A stretch of 64,000 nt of DNA from Gemmatimonadota bacterium (GTDB taxonomy: Bacteria; Gemmatimonadota; Gemmatimonadetes; Gemmatimonadales; GWC2-71-9): NCBI GenBank assembly GCA_003222135.1, contig QHUM01000052.1, positions 5,335 through 69,334 of the forward strand, in the 5' to 3' direction. Made by a program: the position numbers and the translations under genes. Below are positions 49,664 to 59,043 of the stretch, piece by piece. A model generated the notes under the pieces. That model was not told the DNA's origin. It ran no database searches and was given only the letters and a program-made list of their open reading frames with translations. Position 1 is the stretch's first letter. Each line of letters starts with the position of its first letter.

Positions 49664-52600
49664 TCAGAACGTGAGTCGGAGGCCGCCCGTAACGGTGCGG
49701 GGGCGCGGATAGCTGAGATAGTCGATACTACGCGCTTGCAGCCCGGCGCTCGGGTTGAGCCCCGACGCCAGGTTCGAGACCTCCGGATCCAAGCCCGAAT
49801 AGCCGGTCAGTACGAACAAGTTGTCGGCCGACACGTACAGCCGGGCACTTCGGGCCGATCCGCTCAACAGCGGCACGTCGAGTCGGTAGTCTACCGTGAG
49901 ATTCTGCAGCCGCACAAACGAGGCGCCTTCGACCCAGCGGGACGAGTAAATGGCCGGCTCGTGGATCCCGGTCGGATCGCTCAGGGCCGAGGCCAGGAAG
50001 TTCTTGTCCTGCAACGCATCGCTCTTCGTACCGAACACGAGCGCGGTATTGTTGAACACGTCCTGCCCGACGGAAGCCCGGAGGAGGAAGCTGATGTCGA
50101 ACTTGCCCCAATTCACCTGGCTGTGCAGGCCGACCGTGAAGTCCGGGTTGGCATTGCCGATGATGGTATAGTCGTTGGCGGTCGGGCTCAGCGACTCCCC
50201 GTTGACACATCCCGCGCTTGCTGCGACACAGGCGAACACCTGCTGTCCCTGCGCGTTCACGCGGAGAAAGCGCGGTCCGAAGAACGTGCCGATCGGCTGA
50301 CCGGGCAGGATGCGTTGGGCGTTCACGTTGGACTGGCCCTGACCGCTCACGGTACCGGTGGCGATGGAGCTGTAGGGGCCCAGATCGACGACCCTGTTGC
50401 GTTCCGCCGCGAACACCAGTCCGGCCCGCCAGGTGAAATTTGGTCGGGACAGCGCCAGGGCGTCGACCGAGATCTCGAGGCCCTTGTTGCGAACCTTGCC
50501 GACGTTCGTGAGCCGCTCCGACGCGAAAGCCGGCTGCGCGTTCGACACCTGCAACAGCAGATCGGAGGTGTTCTTGACGTAGTACTCCACGCTCCCGGAG
50601 ACCCGGTTATTCAGGAAGCCGTAGTCGAGGGCCACATTGAACTGCGCCGTCTGCTCCCATTTCAGGGTCGGGTTGGCATCTCGGGTCGGGATGACGCCGG
50701 ACACCGGTACACCGCCGAACGGGTAGCGCGCGCCAGGGTCAGGATTGAGCGTCAGCAACGAGGAATAGGGGGGGACGCCCGGATTGCCCTGCAGGCCGTA
50801 ACCGGCGCGCAAGCGCAGCTCCGAGAACCCGCGATCGCGCATGAACGGCTCTTCGCTGATGCGCCACGACCCCGACACCGCCGGGAACAGCGCCCATTTG
50901 TGTCCCACCGCGAAGCGGGACGAGCCGTCGTACCGGAGCACCCCGGTCAGGAAGTAGCGATCCTTGAGGCCGTAGTTGGCCCGGCTGAAGAACGCGACTT
51001 GGCGGCTCAACTCGCGCCCCGAGAAATCCGTGATGGTTTGGGCGGCGCCTGGGCTGTTGAAGAGCAACGCATCGGTCACGTATCCCTGACCTTGAGTCGT
51101 CAGGTTACCGGTGTTGAATTTGCTGAACTCGTACCCGCCCACGACGTCGAGACTGTGGATATCGCCGAGCTGCCGGCGCAACGTCAGCAGCGTTTGCAGC
51201 GTCACGGTGGTGTTGTCGAGACTCGATTGGCGCGCCAGCCCGCCAAACGAGGCTCCCACCGGGCTTGCCTTCGGGAGGTAGATGTTGCGCGAGCCATCCG
51301 AGCGGTCCACCCCGACATTCACTTGCGCCGTGAGCCCCGGCACGAGGTCCAGCTCGGCCGTCGCGTTGCCCAGTGTGCGGGTCGTCTGGCCGATGTCCGT
51401 GATCTGGTTCGCCAGCGCCACGGGGTTGCGCACCGAAGTCTGACCCAGCAGCTCGTAGTACGTCTGCTGCCCGCTGGTCGGGTCGACCACCCTCACCGGC
51501 TGCGTCGGGTTGAAGATCGCCACGTTCTGGAACACCCCGCCTTCGAACCCCGCCGTGCTCTCGAACGTGATGTAGTCGTTCTTGGTATGCGACGTCGTCA
51601 CATTGAGCCCGAGGCGCAGGCGGTTGTCGAACGCGTTGTGGGTCGCGTTGAGGCGCCCCTGCACGCGCTGGAAGGCGTTGGAGATCGCTACCCCCTCCTG
51701 GTTCATGAAATTGAGCGACGCGCGATAGCGTGTGTCCTCGCCCCCGCCGGAGAACGACAGGTTGTGATTGTGCGTCACGGCGGTGCGCTCCAGCTCGTTC
51801 TCCCAGTTTGTGTTCGCCGTCCCCAGTGCCGCGAGGTGCGAGGGACTCAGGCCGCCCAACTTGCCCGCCACCGAGTCCTTGAAGACCTGGGCCGTCTGGC
51901 AGAGCGTCGGCCGGCTCGTACAGGCGGAAGTCGAATCTGACCGCCAAACGCCAACCTGGCCGTTAGCGAACAGCCGGTATTGATCTCCGTTCAGCACGTC
52001 CAGGTGCTTCGACGCACTCGCCATCGCCACGTAGCCGTCATACTCGACGCCGGCTCCCCCTCCCGCGGCGTTGGAGCCCTTCTTTGTTTCGATCAGCACG
52101 ACGCCGTTGGCGGCGCGGCTGCCGTAGATGGCCGTGGCCGCGGCGTCTTTCAGAATCGTGATCGAGGCGACGTCCGAGGGGTTGATCAGGTTGAGCGGAC
52201 TGCGGGGCAGCGGCGGCTCTCCGCCGACACCGAAGCCGCCCGGTTCGGTCGGGACGTTGTTGATGGGGACGCCGTCGATCACGTACAACGGCTCGTTGCT
52301 GGCGCTGATCGATGTGCCACCGCGGATCCGGACCTGCGCGCCGGCCCCCGGCTCGCCGTTGTTCTGAATGATGGTGACGCCGGCGGCACGACCCTGGACC
52401 ATATTGTTGACGTTGTCGACCACGCCGACGTTCGCGGCGTTCCCGTCGATGGTCGAGACCGATCCGGTGATGGCCTCGCGCCGTTGCGTGCCGTATCCGG
52501 TCACCACCACCGCTTCGAGAATCGCGGCCGCCGGCACCAGCGTGATGTTCGCCGTGACCGTCCCGCCCGGCGTGATGGTGACGTCCTGCAGCTGCGGGCT

Positions 52601-52852
52601 GTACCCGATCCGCGTCGCCCGCAGACGGTGGATGCCGGCCGGTAGGCCGCTCAAGAGGAAGCCGCCATCGGTGCGGGTGAGCATGCGGTGCGGCGTTCCC
52701 GCGATCGCGACTTCGACACTGGGGAGGGCCTGTTGCGTAGTGGCGTCGATGACCTTACCCGAGACGGCGCCGGTCGAGTCCTGCGCGCCGAGCTGCGCCG
52801 CGCACAACAAGCCACTGAAGAGCACCGGGATGACATGACGGACGAGTGCCAT
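49664..52852 (-). CDS. SusC/RagA-family TonB-linked outer-membrane receptor
   Basis: ATG 52852 gives MALVRHVIPVLFSGLLCAAQLGAQ. CarboxypepD_reg-like domain (VSGKVIDATTQQALPSVEVAIAGT) and plug (SNEPLYVIDGVPI, ITILKDAAATAIYGSRAANGVVLIETKKG). Barrel ends in ...VTGGLRLTF. Confidence 0.93.
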   Translation of the reverse strand: MALVRHVIPVLFSGLLCAAQLGAQDSTGAVSGKVIDATTQQALPSVEVAIAGTPHRMLTRTDGGFLLSGLPAGIHRLRATRIGYSPQLQDVTITPGGTVTANITLVPAAAILEAVVVTGYGTQRREAITGSVSTIDGNAANVGVVDNVNNMVQGRAAGVTIIQNNGEPGAGAQVRIRGGTSISASNEPLYVIDGVPINNVPTEPGGFGVGGEPPLPRSPLNLINPSDVASITILKDAAATAIYGSRAANGVVLIETKKGSNAAGGGAGVEYDGYVAMASASKHLDVLNGDQYRLFANGQVGVWRSDSTSACTSRPTLCQTAQVFKDSVAGKLGGLSPSHLAALGTANTNWENELERTAVTHNHNLSFSGGGEDTRYRASLNFMNQEGVAISNAFQRVQGRLNATHNAFDNRLRLGLNVTTSHTKNDYITFESTAGFEGGVFQNVAIFNPTQPVRVVDPTSGQQTYYELLGQTSVRNPVALANQITDIGQTTRTLGNATAELDLVPGLTAQVNVGVDRSDGSRNIYLPKASPVGASFGGLARQSSLDNTTVTLQTLLTLRRQLGDIHSLDVVGGYEFSKFNTGNLTTQGQGYVTDALLFNSPGAAQTITDFSGRELSRQVAFFSRANYGLKDRYFLTGVLRYDGSSRFAVGHKWALFPAVSGSWRISEEPFMRDRGFSELRLRAGYGLQGNPGVPPYSSLLTLNPDPGARYPFGGVPVSGVIPTRDANPTLKWEQTAQFNVALDYGFLNNRVSGSVEYYVKNTSDLLLQVSNAQPAFASERLTNVGKVRNKGLEISVDALALSRPNFTWRAGLVFAAERNRVVDLGPYSSIATGTVSGQGQSNVNAQRILPGQPIGTFFGPRFLRVNAQGQQVFACVAASAGCVNGESLSPTANDYTIIGNANPDFTVGLHSQVNWGKFDISFLLRASVGQDVFNNTALVFGTKSDALQDKNFLASALSDPTGIHEPAIYSSRWVEGASFVRLQNLTVDYRLDVPLLSGSARSARLYVSADNLFVLTGYSGLDPEVSNLASGLNPSAGLQARSIDYLSYPRPRTVTGGLRLTF

Positions 52853-52929
52853 ACGTCTGCCCCTTGACGGAATGGGGAATGGAAGGATCATCACCCGCGA
52901 CCCCCCGCACATGAGACTCGGAACGGGTT

Positions 52930-52980
52930 GATTCTTCCCCAAAACCGGGAGTTGTCAAGGATCGTGAAAAAGGGCACAAT
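52930..52980. promoter_or_regulatory. Candidate bidirectional promoter sharing a TTGTCAA -35 core (SusC operon / trehalase)
   Basis: Plus strand: TTGTCA (52952-52957), 17-nt spacer, CACAAT (52975-52980), which places the TSS about 3 nt before the treA ATG (near-leaderless). Minus strand: TTGACA (52958-52953), 16-nt spacer, AAGAAT. This is the same GTTGTCAAG core as at 5402-5410. Confidence 0.25.
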
Positions 52981-52989
52981 GTCGGATCC

Positions 52990-54600
52990 ATGCCTCGTCT
53001 CGCTGACCCTCGCCCTGCGCCCGTCATCGGGCTGCTCGCGGCCCTCGCTCTGGCCATCGGATGCCGGACCGCGCCGCCCTCCGTCGCACGCTACGACCCC
53101 GCGCACGACCTGGGCCCCCTGTTTCAGGACGTCCAGCTCGCGGGGATCTTCCCGGACTCGAAGACGTTCGTCGACGCCCGCCCCCTGCAGGCTCCGGCCG
53201 AGCTCGCCGGTCGCTACCCCGCCGCGCGCGACTCTGCCGGGTTCAACCTGCGACGCTTCGTGGAGCAGAACTTCGAGCTGCCGCGGCCGGTGGGCGAAGG
53301 CTTCCACGCCGACACCGCCCGCACGATGGAGGACCACATCCGCGCGCTCTGGCCGGTGCTCACCCGCCGGCCCGACACGGCGGACGCGCGCTCGTCGCTG
53401 ATCCCCTTGCCGCAGCCGTACGTCGTCCCCGGCGGCCGCTTTCGCGAGGTCTACTACTGGGATTCGTACTTCACGATGCTCGGGCTCATCGCGAGCGGCC
53501 GGACCGATCTGGTGCGCAGCATGCTCGACAACTTCGCGTACCTGATCGCGACCGTCGGGCACATCCCCAACGGCAACCGGACGTACTATCTCAGCCGCAG
53601 CCAGCCGCCCTTCTTCGGCGCCATGGTCGGGCTGTACGCCGCGGCGACCGATACCACGCAGGCGCTGCGCTACCTCGACGCGCTCGAGGCGGAGCACGCG
53701 TTCTGGATGGATGGCGCGGAGCGCCTCGCGCCGGCCCAGTTTTATCGTCGCGTCGTGCGGTTGCCCGACGGATCGGTGCTGAACCGCTACTGGGACGACC
53801 GCGCCGAGCCGCGGCCCGAGTCGTATCGCCCGGACTACGAGCTGGCGCAGACGCTGCCGCAAGCGGAGCGCGAGGCGTTCTACCGGAACGTCCGGGCCAC
53901 GGCCGAGAGCGGCTGGGACTTCTCGAGCCGCTGGCTGCGCGACCCGAAAGACCTGCGTACGCTGGAGACGACGGAGCTGCTCCCGGTCGATCTCAACTGC
54001 CTCCTCTACTACGCCGAAGGGACGATCGCTGGGTTGCGACGCTTCCGCGGGCAGCCGGGCGACCGGGACGTCGGGGACCGGTTCGCGCGGGCCGCCGAGA
54101 CCCGCCGCCAGGCGCTGCTCACCGCCGCGTATGACCCGAGTGCCGGTTTCTTCTTCGACGTCCGCTGGCGCACGGGCGTGCGGGTCACGGATCGCCCCAC
54201 CGTCGCCGCCGCGGCGCCGCTCTACTTCGGGCTCGCCACGCCGGAGCAGGGTCGCAAGGTGGCCGCGCAGCTCGAGCGGCTCTTCTTGAAGCCCGGCGGA
54301 TTCGTGCCGACCCTGGTCTCCTCGGGTCAGCAGTGGGACGCGCCCAACGGGTGGGCGCCGCTCGAGTGGCTCGCGATCGAGGGGGTGCGGCGCTACGGGC
54401 GTGCGGACCTGGCCGATGCCGCGCGCGCTCGTTGGCTTGCCTTGAACCGGCGCACGTATCGTGCGACGGGCAAGATGACGGAGAAGTACGACGTCGTGAA
54501 CCTGCAGCGGCGCGCGGGCGGCGGCGAGTACCCGACGCAGGACGGGTTCGGATGGACGAACGGGGTCGCGCTGGCGCTGCTAGTCTCCCTTCGGCCGTAG
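52990..54600 (+). CDS. treA: Periplasmic trehalase, glycoside hydrolase family 37
   Basis: Lipoprotein-type signal ...LLAALALAIGC. Both classical trehalase signatures are present: PGGRFREVYYWDSYF and QQWDAPNGWAPLEW. Confidence 0.93.
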   Translation: MPRLADPRPAPVIGLLAALALAIGCRTAPPSVARYDPAHDLGPLFQDVQLAGIFPDSKTFVDARPLQAPAELAGRYPAARDSAGFNLRRFVEQNFELPRPVGEGFHADTARTMEDHIRALWPVLTRRPDTADARSSLIPLPQPYVVPGGRFREVYYWDSYFTMLGLIASGRTDLVRSMLDNFAYLIATVGHIPNGNRTYYLSRSQPPFFGAMVGLYAAATDTTQALRYLDALEAEHAFWMDGAERLAPAQFYRRVVRLPDGSVLNRYWDDRAEPRPESYRPDYELAQTLPQAEREAFYRNVRATAESGWDFSSRWLRDPKDLRTLETTELLPVDLNCLLYYAEGTIAGLRRFRGQPGDRDVGDRFARAAETRRQALLTAAYDPSAGFFFDVRWRTGVRVTDRPTVAAAAPLYFGLATPEQGRKVAAQLERLFLKPGGFVPTLVSSGQQWDAPNGWAPLEWLAIEGVRRYGRADLADAARARWLALNRRTYRATGKMTEKYDVVNLQRRAGGGEYPTQDGFGWTNGVALALLVSLRP

Positions 54601-56379
54601 CCGCTCCAGCACGTACGCCGTGTTGATCAGCGCGGCGTGGGACAACCCCTGCGGATAGTTGCCGAGCTGCTCCCCCGTGGCGGGATCGATCTCCTCGGCG
54701 AACAGCCCGAGCGGGTTGGCGCGTCGCAGCAGATTGCGGAACAGGCGCTCGCCCTCGTCGAAATCGCCGGCCATGGCGAGCGTCTGCGCTAGCCAGAAGC
54801 TGCAGGCGACGAATGCGCCTTCGTCGCCGCCCATGCCATCGGGTGATCGATACCGATAGATCAGCTCCTCGCACGAGGTGGCGAGCTCGCGCCGCACCGC
54901 AGCGATCGTACTCCGCACGCGGGGATCGGCGCGGGGCAGGAACCGCACTTTGGGAATCACCAGCAACGCGGCGTCGAGCTGGGGCTCGCCATAGACCTGC
55001 ACGAATGTCTGGCGGACGGGGTCCCAGCCCCGCTCCAGCACCTCGGCGTGGACCAGCTCGGCCTCGCGCTGCCAGCGGGCCGTATCGCCCGGGAGGCCGA
55101 GCTCGGCTGCGATGCGGGCGCCGCGCGACAGGGCCACCCAGGCCATGACCTTGCTGAACACGAAGTGCTTCGGCTCCTGCCGCGGCTCCCAGATGCTCAG
55201 ATCCGGCTCGCGCCAGTGGGCCGCGGCCCAATCCACGAGATGCTGCAGCACCTTCCACACGCCTTCGGTCATGGCGTGGTGGCGCCGCCAGATGTCGACC
55301 GTCTCGAGCAGCTCGCCGTAGATGTCGAGCTGGAACTGCTGGGCCGCGCCGTTGCCCACGCGCACCGGCCGGGCGCCCCGGTATCCGTCGAGATGCTCGA
55401 GCACCTGCTCCGGCAGGTCGCGCCGGCCGTCCACGCCGTACATGATCTGCAGGTGCTGCGCGTCGGCCCGGCGACACACCCGCTTGAGGAAGTGCAAGAA
55501 GCCGTCCGCCTCGGCGTAGAACCCCACCCGGTCGAGCGCGAACAGCACGAAGGCGGAATCCCGCAGCCAGGCGTAGCGATAGTCCCAATTCCGACCGCCC
55601 CCGCCGCCTGGCGTTTCCGGCAGCGAGGTCGTGGGCGCGGCGATGATGGCGCCCGAGGGCTCGTAGCAGCACAGCCTGAGCGCCAGGGCGCTGCGCTCCA
55701 CTTCCTGCCGGTAGGGTCCCTGGTACTGCAGCCGCGACGACCACTCGTCCCACCAGCGGGCGGTCGTGTCGAGTTTCTCCTGCGAGCGGTAATGTGCGAC
55801 GGCGTACACCTCGTCGTCGTCACACCGCAATACGAACCACGTGGCCTCGTCCGCCGCCAGGCTCAGGCGCGCGCTGGCGCGCGCCTCCTCGATCTGCCAC
55901 GCCACGTCCGGGCCTGAGGAGAGGGTGGCGACGTCGTCTTCCGCGTCGGTGGCGAGCACGCCGCAGGCGCGCCGGGCCAGCACGGGCTGGCGGGTAGCGT
56001 AGTCGAACCGCGGCTCGAACACGACTTCCACGTCGCAGGCGCCGCGCGTGCACTGCACGCGGCGGTGGATCTCGGTGCGCCCCTCGCGCGCCGCTCCGGC
56101 GGGCATGAAATCGGTGACGACGAGGACGCCGCCGGACTCGATGCGGAATGTCGTCACCAGGACGTTGGTGCCCGGGAGGTAACGGTGCTCGGTGGTCGCG
56201 GGCACGGTCGGCGCGATGCGCCAGCGGCCGCCCCGGACCTGGTCGAGCAGGGCGGCGAACACGCTCGGTGAATCGAACCGGGGCGCGCACAACCAGTCGA
56301 TCGAGCCGTTGCGCCCGACCAACGCTGCGGTGTGCAGGTCACCGATCACACCATAATCGCCCACGGGGAGGAAGCTCAT
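54580..56379 (-). CDS. Glycoside hydrolase family 15 protein (glucoamylase-related; actinobacterial-type trehalase-like)
   Basis: N-terminus MSFLPVGDYGVIGDLHTAALVGRNGSIDWLCAPRFDSPSVFAALLD is the hallmark start of bacterial GH15 proteins. (alpha/alpha)6 region includes NWDYRYAWLRDSAF, and GNYPQGLSHAALI. The 3' end overlaps treA by 21 nt (convergent). Confidence 0.9.
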   Translation of the reverse strand: MSFLPVGDYGVIGDLHTAALVGRNGSIDWLCAPRFDSPSVFAALLDQVRGGRWRIAPTVPATTEHRYLPGTNVLVTTFRIESGGVLVVTDFMPAGAAREGRTEIHRRVQCTRGACDVEVVFEPRFDYATRQPVLARRACGVLATDAEDDVATLSSGPDVAWQIEEARASARLSLAADEATWFVLRCDDDEVYAVAHYRSQEKLDTTARWWDEWSSRLQYQGPYRQEVERSALALRLCCYEPSGAIIAAPTTSLPETPGGGGGRNWDYRYAWLRDSAFVLFALDRVGFYAEADGFLHFLKRVCRRADAQHLQIMYGVDGRRDLPEQVLEHLDGYRGARPVRVGNGAAQQFQLDIYGELLETVDIWRRHHAMTEGVWKVLQHLVDWAAAHWREPDLSIWEPRQEPKHFVFSKVMAWVALSRGARIAAELGLPGDTARWQREAELVHAEVLERGWDPVRQTFVQVYGEPQLDAALLVIPKVRFLPRADPRVRSTIAAVRRELATSCEELIYRYRSPDGMGGDEGAFVACSFWLAQTLAMAGDFDEGERLFRNLLRRANPLGLFAEEIDPATGEQLGNYPQGLSHAALINTAYVLERLRPKGD

Positions 56380-56478
56380 CGCGCCGGTACCTACGTACCC
56401 CGGAGGCGAGGGGACGGCGGTGCATTCCGGCGGCGCCGCCGGTAGATTACTCGAGCCGTCGTCTTCCGAGAGGTTGCC

Positions 56479-56907
56479 GTGCGCCCGCGTGGTTTCATGC
56501 TGTGCCTGTCAGGTCTCCTCGCCGCGTTCCCGGTCGTCGCGCAGTCGCCGGCGCGCGCCGGTCTGGTAGTGCTCAATCTGCGGTTCGACGGGGCGTACGC
56601 CAACGTGCTCGAGCCGGGTGACACCGCCGTGGTCTGGGCCGCGACGAGCCGGCTGCTCGCCACGCTGCGCGCGTTCGACGGCGTCGCCGTCGTCGATTCC
56701 GGTATGGTGGCCGCCGCGGTGACCGCCGCCGAGGCCGACGGGAACCCGTGCGGCACCGCGTGCGCGCAGGCTGTCGCGCGGCGGCTCGGTGCCCGCTGGG
56801 TGGTGAAGGGCATGGTGTTGAAGACGAGCAACCTGGTCTGGATCCTGCGCGCGGAGCTGCTGGAGCGGGCCGTCACCGAGCACCCCACCTCCGCCGTGGA
56901 TCCATAA
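56479..56907 (+). CDS. Hypothetical secreted protein (142 aa)
   Basis: GTG start. Signal MRPRGFMLCLSGLLAAFPVVAQSPA. Coding-like composition, but no recognisable family. Confidence 0.5.
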   Translation: MRPRGFMLCLSGLLAAFPVVAQSPARAGLVVLNLRFDGAYANVLEPGDTAVVWAATSRLLATLRAFDGVAVVDSGMVAAAVTAAEADGNPCGTACAQAVARRLGARWVVKGMVLKTSNLVWILRAELLERAVTEHPTSAVDP

Positions 56908-56953
56908 CCGCAATTTCTCCCTTTTCTTCTCATGGTGAATTAGGAGGTCCTCC

Positions 56954-59035
56954 ATGCGTCCCGCGCTGCTGCTCTCGCTGCTGCTCGTCGCTGGCACCCC
57001 CGGCACCCCCGGCGCCGTCGCCGCTCAGGAGACGGCGTCGGACTCGTTCCTCACGGTCGCGCATTACCTCGACTGGGAGCAGGCGAGCGATCCGCAGATC
57101 TCCCCCGACGGCGCGCAGATCATCTACACCCGCCGCTGGGTGAACAAGCTGGAAGACAAGTGGGAGTCGGCGCTGTGGATCATGAACGGTGACGGGTCGC
57201 ATCAACGCTTCCTCGTCAAGGGATCGAGCGCCCGCTGGTCCCCGGACGGGACGCGGATCGTCTATCTCGCCGACGGCGAGCCCAAGGGGACGCAGGTCTT
57301 CGTGCGCTGGATGGATGCCGAGGGTGCGGTCACTCAGGTCACGCGCGTGGAGGAGACGCCCGCCGACGCGCGCTGGTCGCCCGACGGCAAGACGATCTCA
57401 TTTGCGATGCTGGTGCCGGACTCGACCACCTGGAAGATCTCCATGCCGCAGCCGCCCCAGGGCGCAAAATGGACTCCGGCACCCCGCGTGATCGACGACC
57501 TCCACTACCGGCAGGATCGCGTCGGCTTTATGAAGCAAGGTTTCACTCACCTGTTCCTCGTCCCGGCGGAGGGCGGAACGCCGCGCCAGCTCACCGCTGG
57601 GCACTGGAACGCGGGGGCGCGGTTCGACGGCTTGTCGGGTCGGGTGGGTTACGACTGGACGCCGGACGGCAAGACGCTGCTGTTCGACGGGCTGCGCGAC
57701 ACGACGGGAGATGATCAGTACCGGGTGTCCCGCATCTACACGCTCGATGTCGCCACCGGAGCGATCCGGACGCTCGTGTCCCGCCCAGGCTATTGGGCCG
57801 ATCCGAGCGTGTCCCCCGACGGCCGGACGGTGGCGTTCGCGGGAGCCGATTCCAGCGACCAGACCCACCGCACGTCCGACCTGTACATCATCGGGATCGA
57901 CGGCTCGGGCCTGCGTGATCTCTCGCGTACGCTCGATCGCGATCCGGGCGACCTCATGTGGGCGCCGGACGGCAAAGCGATCTACTTCACCGCGCCCGAT
58001 CGCGGCGCCATCAACGTCCACGTGGCGGACCTGGCCGGTGGCGTGCGCGACGTGACGCAGGGGGTGCAGGTGGTGTCGCTCGCATCCCTGGCGCGCAACC
58101 TCACGGCGGTCGGGGTCCAGAGCGATCCGACACATCCCGCCGACGTGGTGCGGCTCGATCTGCGCAAGCCACAGGGCGTCGCGCGGCTCACGCACGTGAA
58201 CGACGACGTCGTTGGGGACAAACGTCTCGCGCGCACCGAGGAGGTCTGGTTCGGCTCGAGCGGCGGCACGCGGATCCAGGGCTGGATCGTCACCCCGCCG
58301 TCATTCACCACGGGAAAGAAGTATCCCCTGCTGCTGGAGATCCACGGCGGCCCGTTCGCGATGTACAACGTGGGGTTCAGCTACATGTTCCAGAACTTCG
58401 CGGCGAACGGCTACGTGGTGCTGTTCGTCAATCCGCGGGGCAGCACCGGCTACGGGGACCGCTTCTCCAACGGGATCGATCACAACTATCCCGGCCCCGA
58501 TTACGACGACCTCATGGCCGGGGTGGACCACGTGATCGGGCGCGGCTTCGTCGACACGACCCGGATGTACGTGTCGGGATGCTCGGGCGGTGGCGTGCTC
58601 TCGAGCTGGGTGATCGGTCACACGACGCGCTTCGCCGCCGCCGCGGTGCGCTGCCCCGTGATCGACTGGATCGCCATGGCCGGCCAGACCGACATCCCGC
58701 TTTTCACCTACAGCTTCTTTCACCAGCCGTTCTGGGAGAAGCCCGACGAGTGGCTGGCGCATTCATCGCTCATGTACGTGGGCCACGTGACGACGCCGAC
58801 GCTCCTGATGACGGGGGAGCTGGATCGCCGCACGCCGATCCCGCAGACTGAGGAGTACTACGCGGCGCTCAAGATGCGGCACGTCCCGGCCGTGATGCTG
58901 CGCTTCAACGAAGAGTTCCACGGCACGGGATCGAAGCCGTCCAACTTCATGCGCACCCAGCTGTACATGCTGAGCTGGTTCGAGAAGCACAAGGCGGCCG
59001 GGGAGGCCGCGGCCAGCAGTCAGGGCACGAAGTAA
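56954..59035 (+). CDS. S9-family serine peptidase (beta-propeller N-domain + prolyl-oligopeptidase/acylaminoacyl-peptidase catalytic domain)
   Basis: AGGAGG RBS at 56941-56946, and a signal peptide. TolB-like WD40 repeats (SPDGAQIIY, SPDGTRIVY, SPDGKTISF, SPDGRTVAF, APDGKAIYF). Catalytic domain has VSGCSGGG (GxSxG nucleophile), and EEFHG. Confidence 0.9.
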   Translation: MRPALLLSLLLVAGTPGTPGAVAAQETASDSFLTVAHYLDWEQASDPQISPDGAQIIYTRRWVNKLEDKWESALWIMNGDGSHQRFLVKGSSARWSPDGTRIVYLADGEPKGTQVFVRWMDAEGAVTQVTRVEETPADARWSPDGKTISFAMLVPDSTTWKISMPQPPQGAKWTPAPRVIDDLHYRQDRVGFMKQGFTHLFLVPAEGGTPRQLTAGHWNAGARFDGLSGRVGYDWTPDGKTLLFDGLRDTTGDDQYRVSRIYTLDVATGAIRTLVSRPGYWADPSVSPDGRTVAFAGADSSDQTHRTSDLYIIGIDGSGLRDLSRTLDRDPGDLMWAPDGKAIYFTAPDRGAINVHVADLAGGVRDVTQGVQVVSLASLARNLTAVGVQSDPTHPADVVRLDLRKPQGVARLTHVNDDVVGDKRLARTEEVWFGSSGGTRIQGWIVTPPSFTTGKKYPLLLEIHGGPFAMYNVGFSYMFQNFAANGYVVLFVNPRGSTGYGDRFSNGIDHNYPGPDYDDLMAGVDHVIGRGFVDTTRMYVSGCSGGGVLSSWVIGHTTRFAAAAVRCPVIDWIAMAGQTDIPLFTYSFFHQPFWEKPDEWLAHSSLMYVGHVTTPTLLMTGELDRRTPIPQTEEYYAALKMRHVPAVMLRFNEEFHGTGSKPSNFMRTQLYMLSWFEKHKAAGEAAASSQGTK

Positions 59036-59043
59036 GACGCCGC

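Noticed and set aside
56427-56442. Perfect 16-nt GC palindrome CCGGCGGCGCCGCCGG upstream of the 142-aa hypothetical gene, considered as an operator.
   Set aside because: It is a pure GC palindrome in GC-rich DNA, so the chance expectation is not negligible. There is no second copy and no adjacent regulator.
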